Below are positions 58,514-64,000 of a DNA stretch of 64,000 nucleotides, piece by piece (the stretch's first letter is position 1; every line of letters starts with the position of its first letter). Origin of the DNA: Gordius albopunctatus. Its lineage: Eukaryota. The DNA is taken from the NCBI GenBank assembly GCA_964276515.1, contig OZ193910.1, positions 5,394,001 to 5,458,000 on the forward strand. The letters are read 5' to 3'. The notes beneath the pieces were generated by a model. That model was not told the origin of the DNA, did no database searches, and saw only the letters and a list, made by a program, of their open reading frames with translations. The position numbers and the translations under genes are program-made.

Positions 58514-61046
58514 ACTATTTAAATTCTCTTTTTACATTTTATCCATTCCTCAAGACAAAGAAGCAAATATCACTCATAATATTAAACAATGAGTTTTAAA
58601 GTTCGACAGTCAAAACAGCCCTCCAGCATATAACATGGAGATAAAGGAATCCCACATATTAACTCCCAAACAAAAAGCGAATATAATCTCTAGAAAAATT
58701 CACGCTTTCAACATAAAAGGTGCAATCAGATTCCTTGAAGAAGACAATTCATTTTTGAGTCCTTCACAAAAATCATACGAAGAAATGGTTTTCAAACACC
58801 CCCAGAGTCTATCGTCTACTGTCCTATCGCCCTCGCAACCTTCATATATTGCTTTTAAGTCATCAGACATTCGAGATGCCATCTTATCCTTTCCCATGTA
58901 TTCTGCAGGTGGTCTCGACGGCATAAAACCAATTTTTTTAAAAGATCTTATAACAATTGATAATAATAACTCCTCCATCTTACTAGACTTACTCATCAAA
59001 TTTTGTAACCTTTTGCTCAATGGGAGTATACCTAAAGAAATAACGCCCATAGTCTTTGGAGCTAAGCTTTTAGCTATTAGGAAGGCCGACAATTCAGCCA
59101 GGCCCATCGCTATCGGTGGTGTCTTTCGAAGAATTATTTCTAAATTAATTTGCTCAGCGATCAAACCAATATTGACCCCTACTTTAATTCTGCATCAACT
59201 AGGCTTTGGGGTCAAAGGAGGGTGCGAGATAGCTACCCATGCCGCATGCTTAGCCCTGGAACACCTCCCACCGGGTGACTCCTTTATAAAACTGGATTTT
59301 AAAAATGCTTTCAACAGCATTCGCCGCACTGCTTTCATTAATGAATTTATCAAGCTATTTCCCCACTACACCAACTACATTATTTTAAGTTATGGATGCC
59401 CTTCGATTTTGAAATTTGGAGAATTCTTCCTCGAATCCGCAGAAGGGATCCAACAAGGCGATCCTCTAGGCCCCCTTTATTCTGCTTGGCCATAAATCAC
59501 CTAATTAACGAAATTAACAAACATTGTAAACTCACTCTTAATGTCTGGTATCTTGATGACGCCACTCTTGTGGGGACCCTGACAACCTAGCCCAAGCACT
59601 AGATGTAATACATGCCCCACTCTAAATTTATGTTTAAACGCCTCTAAAAGTCAAATATATTCTGACTTGGATAATATTCACCCAAAGTTTTTTGACTTTG
59701 CCAAAATTAAAAAAGACAATTTGTATGTTTTAGGCGCACCTATCGGGGGACCCGAGTGCCTCAAAAAATTTTTAGACAAAAATCTCTCTTCTTTAAAAAC
59801 CAAATTAGACATTTTTTAATCTATGCCATCTCATCATTCTTTTTATATTATAAAAAATTATTACAACATTAGCAAAATTCTATTCTGCTTCCGCTCCACG
59901 CAAGTTTTTATTTAAAGAAGTTTTACACGACTATGAAAACTTTTTTAAATCCATTCTTGAATCAATTTTAAATATTTCTTTTAACACCAATACTTGGCTT
60001 CAAGCCACACTTCCCACAAAATCCGGTGGCCAAGGTATTCGCTCACCATCTGCGATTTCCCTAACCGCCTTTATTTATTCCTCTCTATCTTTTAAACATT
60101 GTATTAACGACCTTGTCCCATTCCCACTTAATCCCTCCATAAATCAAGCTCTATCCTTATGGAATGAGAACGTCAATGTATGAGTTAATATACCACAATC
60201 ATACGCTCAAAAAGATTTGGATGCAAGTTTGGTGTCGCGGTCCATTGCTTACCTGCTCTCGACATGCGACGCCAAGCAGCATTGCAATCTTAGGTCATTG
60301 GCTTTCGACCAATCCGGTCATGAATGGCTTGAAGCTTACCCTAGTAAGTTTTCGGGTATGATTTTGGAGAATCCTACCCTGTCCTACAATATAGCCCTCC
60401 GCTTGGGCATTCACTTGTAGACGAGGAAGCACGTCACCCTCTGCATTGTAAATTTAACAGGCACCAAAAAATAAATACACTGCTTCAAGCTGCCCTCAAA
60501 CGGGCAAATGTCCCTTCGATCCTTGAACCTTCAGATCCCTCTCTCGAAGGGCGGATGCGCCCGGACGGTTCGTCTCTTATTCCATGGGACAAAGGCCTTT
60601 TCCTAAAATGGGACTACACCTGTATTGACCTATTTGCCCCCTCCAACGATACTCACGACCCCCTTGGATCGGCAGAGCATCGGAAATCCTTAAAATATTC
60701 AGGTTTATCCCAAACCTCGATTTTTATTCCTATCGTCTCACGTTTGGGAAGAGCGCATTAATTTTTTTAAAGAACTCAATAAACGCTCGCCCCCTTGTAA
60801 AATATCGAATAGTTTTTGACTACGACAATCAATTGCCATTGCGATCGCTAAATCTAATTTTTATTCTTTGATGGATTCAATGCCCATTCTCAAAGATGAA
60901 GAAACGGATAATGAGTTTTAATCATTTTTTTATATAAATGTTTTCGTTCTTGTATCTTTTTATTAATTCCACTCAATATTTAATACTTTTTATTTTATAA
61001 AGCATGTCAATTCAAAAAAAAATTTAATAAAAAAATTGCTTGATAC
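58514..61046 (+). mobile_element. CRE-clade non-LTR retrotransposon, probably 5'-truncated, frameshifted
   Basis: SAGGLDG, RPIAIG, KLDFKNAFNSI, GIQQGDPLGP, WYLDD, RPDG; A-rich tail ~61014-61035; 25-bp flanking direct repeat. Confidence 0.88.
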
Positions 61047-61770
61047 AATATTCTAACTGATAATTTTACTCGGTACAAAATTAGGCTTTAAGTTATTTTT
61101 TCGGTGGTGATTAATGAGGTTAAGGGTGGAAAATGGCCTTTTTAAGGTTTCAGGGCTAAATTCCCACGCCATTTATGAAATTCTAATGATATTTATATAA
61201 TTTTATATACCATTTATTGATCTACAGAATAATGATTTTATTTTTTAATTAACCTCTACTTTTAGTTAAATTCCGTTTATCCGAACCCCCTCCCTGCATT
61301 AAAATTCCTCACACTATATCAAGGTAAATAGAGTACATAGATAGCGCTAATGCGATCTGGCACATCTCCTTCTCCCTTCACTTACTCTCACTCTTCTCTT
61401 CCAGTTGCGCGATATTTATAGCCAAGCACGCAAAAAAAGTAGAAATGTAATCAGTTTAACACCTTTTCTACTACTAGGTATTTGAGAAGTGTATTTGTAT
61501 TAAGATCATTTGTAATTTTTTTAACTCGCCTACATTTTCAATTAGAGGTTCAATTTTTAAATACAAATTGTTGCATAGTTTTGGAAGAGTTGTATTCAGT
61601 TAATTAATTTGTTTAAAATTAATCGTCTGTGGGAGATGCCGTAGGAGGCAGTGTAATTTATTCTATTTAGTTGCTGGTTTAAGTTTTGAGAAGTGATTCA
61701 ATGAAGCTAATTTAAAGAAGACGAATATGTTAGGTTAAAGACAGCCCTCGTGCAAATTGAGAGTTGTGAT

Positions 61771-63354
61771 TAGTGTTTCGATTTCGTCTCGTCTCGGTCT
61801 CGAAAACAAAGTCTCGTCTCGTCTCGGAAGCGATTATAAAAGTCTCGATCTCGTCTCGTCTCTATCTAGAAAAATCTCGGTCTCGTCTTGTCTCGACTTT
61901 AAAAAAAATTTATACGGAACAAAAATTTATCCTGTTTTATTAAAAATATTAAATAAGTGTTAAGAAATCCAAATGGCAAATTTCTATCTTTTTTGAAAAG
62001 CTTTATTACACAAACTTTTTAAAGATTTAGCGGGACACGACATCTCATGAAAATATAAAGATATGAATTGATTCATAAAGATAACATTATATGGAAAGTG
62101 TGACTAAAAGACTATAAATAAATTTGAACTATAGAAAATTAAATTTTAATGTTCTAGCAAATTATAATAATTGTATCAAATTCACTGTGTTTGTCAACTA
62201 TATAAAGACTTAGAAAATAATAAGTTCACTTATAGTTGACTTCTTGGTTGCATAATTTAGCAAATTGAGACTCAACCCTGGCTAAAGCTTCAAAGTAGAC
62301 CTTGACATATTTAAGGCAAACGTTTAAGTCCATTATTATAGGATTAAGAACATAAGGTTTTAAACTTAAAATTAAAGTACACGTATTTGAATTTATGACA
62401 AAAATCATTATAATCAAATTAATATTCCAAATGATTACTTTCCAATTGTAACTAACTTTGCCATTAAATAGTTATATATTGAATACTATAGGTTCGTGTA
62501 TTTATTTTATATGTCACAATTATGGAAATATAGTAAATTTAAATGCACCTGCCAACCCAGCTTATAATGTTAGTTGAAGCTATTGTTGCTAAAGCGGCTG
62601 GGTTATATTTGGTCGACCTTTGGTTTTAGTCGACTAAACATAAACAGATCAAAGGTTTTTTGGTTTAATTTTCGGAGTCTACCTCTAGGCTTAGTCAAAA
62701 TTTGAAAAACAGACTTGAGCTAATTGTTAATCTTAGTTAAACTAAAGGTCGACCACACAAAACCCAGCCGTTTTTGCAACACTAGTTGAAGCATAAAAAC
62801 TTCTAGAAAACTCATGATTTAGAATTAATCTCATACGGTGTCAATAATTACTCTATTGTAGTTTTGAAATCGTTAGCCAGGTGCTCAAAAATCTCGAGCC
62901 ACTTTAGCTTAACTTGTTTAATTATTCAAACTGATTGACCACCAATTTATAATTACCGCATTATGCAGGATGAGTAACTGCGAAATTCAAATATGCTTTA
63001 GTAATATTTATTATTCCATCAGAACTCATTTTAAGCCTAAAATTTTGTAATATTTAACAATACTATGGATACAAATATACTTAGGTAAATGATTGCCAAA
63101 TTTTAATTTATTTGCAAAAATATATGTAAAATTTACTACACTTAGGAAATTTTTACTATTAAATATATTCCATACATATTGATCTACACTTAATACCTTA
63201 AATGTAAATCATGCAATTAAAATACACAATTTAATAGAATCTAACATTAAATAAAAAGTAGAGATCTCGCCGAAAAAATTTCGTATCGTTTCGTCTTGAC
63301 ATCAAAATTTTCGTCTCGTCTCCCGAGATTTTTCTCGGTTTTTTCGCATCACTA
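61771..63354. mobile_element. Non-autonomous hAT with (CGTCT)n subterminal repeats
   Basis: Ends TAGTG... / ...CATCACTA, TSD GTTGTGAT / GTTGCGAT. A related end lies at ~17209-17330. Confidence 0.75.
62581..62784. mobile_element. hAT MITE (204 bp)
   Basis: Long imperfect TIR TATTGTTGCTAAAGCGGCTGGGTT / AACCCAGCCGTTTTTGCAACACTA and perfect 8-bp TSD GTTGAAGC. Confidence 0.85.
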
Positions 63355-64000
63355 GTTGCGATACATCGACAGGCTTTGAATAGCTTCATTTTACGCAACA
63401 AATTATTAATTTTCCCCCCAACTCAGTAGGTCCTGTTCTTCTCCCCGATCTCCTCACTCAAGATCACTATTACCAACGCATTTATTAGTCCTTATATATG
63501 TATTATCGCGGACGATCGTCGCCTTCGTCCATTGTGAAAAATATATTGGATTCACCTCTTGTATTGTGGTCAGACACCAATAAACCCGATTTTAACCTCT
63601 TTAACCGTGTGAACATAAAAAGAAGACGAAAAGGATTTAAATTGATTTTGTAAGACCCATTTGATATAAATAGTCAAAGAGGCCTGGACAAAAATTGTTA
63701 ACCGATTTTCATAAAATTTTTTCAGAAAAATGTTCTTGTCCACAGTGTTTATCAAAGGAAAAAAATTATAGCAACACAGTTGATAGATTTTTTGTAATAA
63801 GGGTTCAAAAAAAAGACAACTCGTATAAATTCTAAAAATGACCGGGGTTAAGGCGTCCTTCAGAAGGGGCTATCGCGTCCTCTCTTATATTAAGTCCTAA
63901 AACTTTAAAATATTTATTTGCATGTGCTTAAATTGCCAAAATATTAAATGTAGATAGTTTTTTGCAACTTATAAAATTTAATATCATTATTTAAATGTCT

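Overview
AT-rich eukaryotic (probably invertebrate animal) genomic DNA with very short introns (36-48 nt) and heavily nested transposons. Host content: two tandem 7-exon paralogues of the PP2A catalytic subunit (24362-27210 and 46953-50879, + strand), a C19orf47-like SAM-domain gene (56335-58231, - strand), one tRNA-Pro(AGG) and a decayed serpin fragment. Mobile DNA: three full-length RTE LINEs (one intact, 995 aa), two CRE-clade non-LTR copies, a CsRn1-clade gypsy element, further gypsy remnants, a MULE, many hAT and Harbinger non-autonomous elements, and Helentron/HINE-like repeats. Most notable: (1) each full-length RTE starts exactly at the predicted cleavage site of a self-cleaving ribozyme, a twister in two copies and an atypical HDV-like double pseudoknot in the third; (2) a 5.7-kb gypsy-containing unit is bounded by ~615-bp inverted TG...CA repeats and a 5-bp TSD; (3) an unidentified protein remnant lies antisense inside a non-autonomous LTR element and has a second copy elsewhere in the window; (4) a serpin fragment is embedded in a HINE-like element. 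All calls were made by eye, without database searches.
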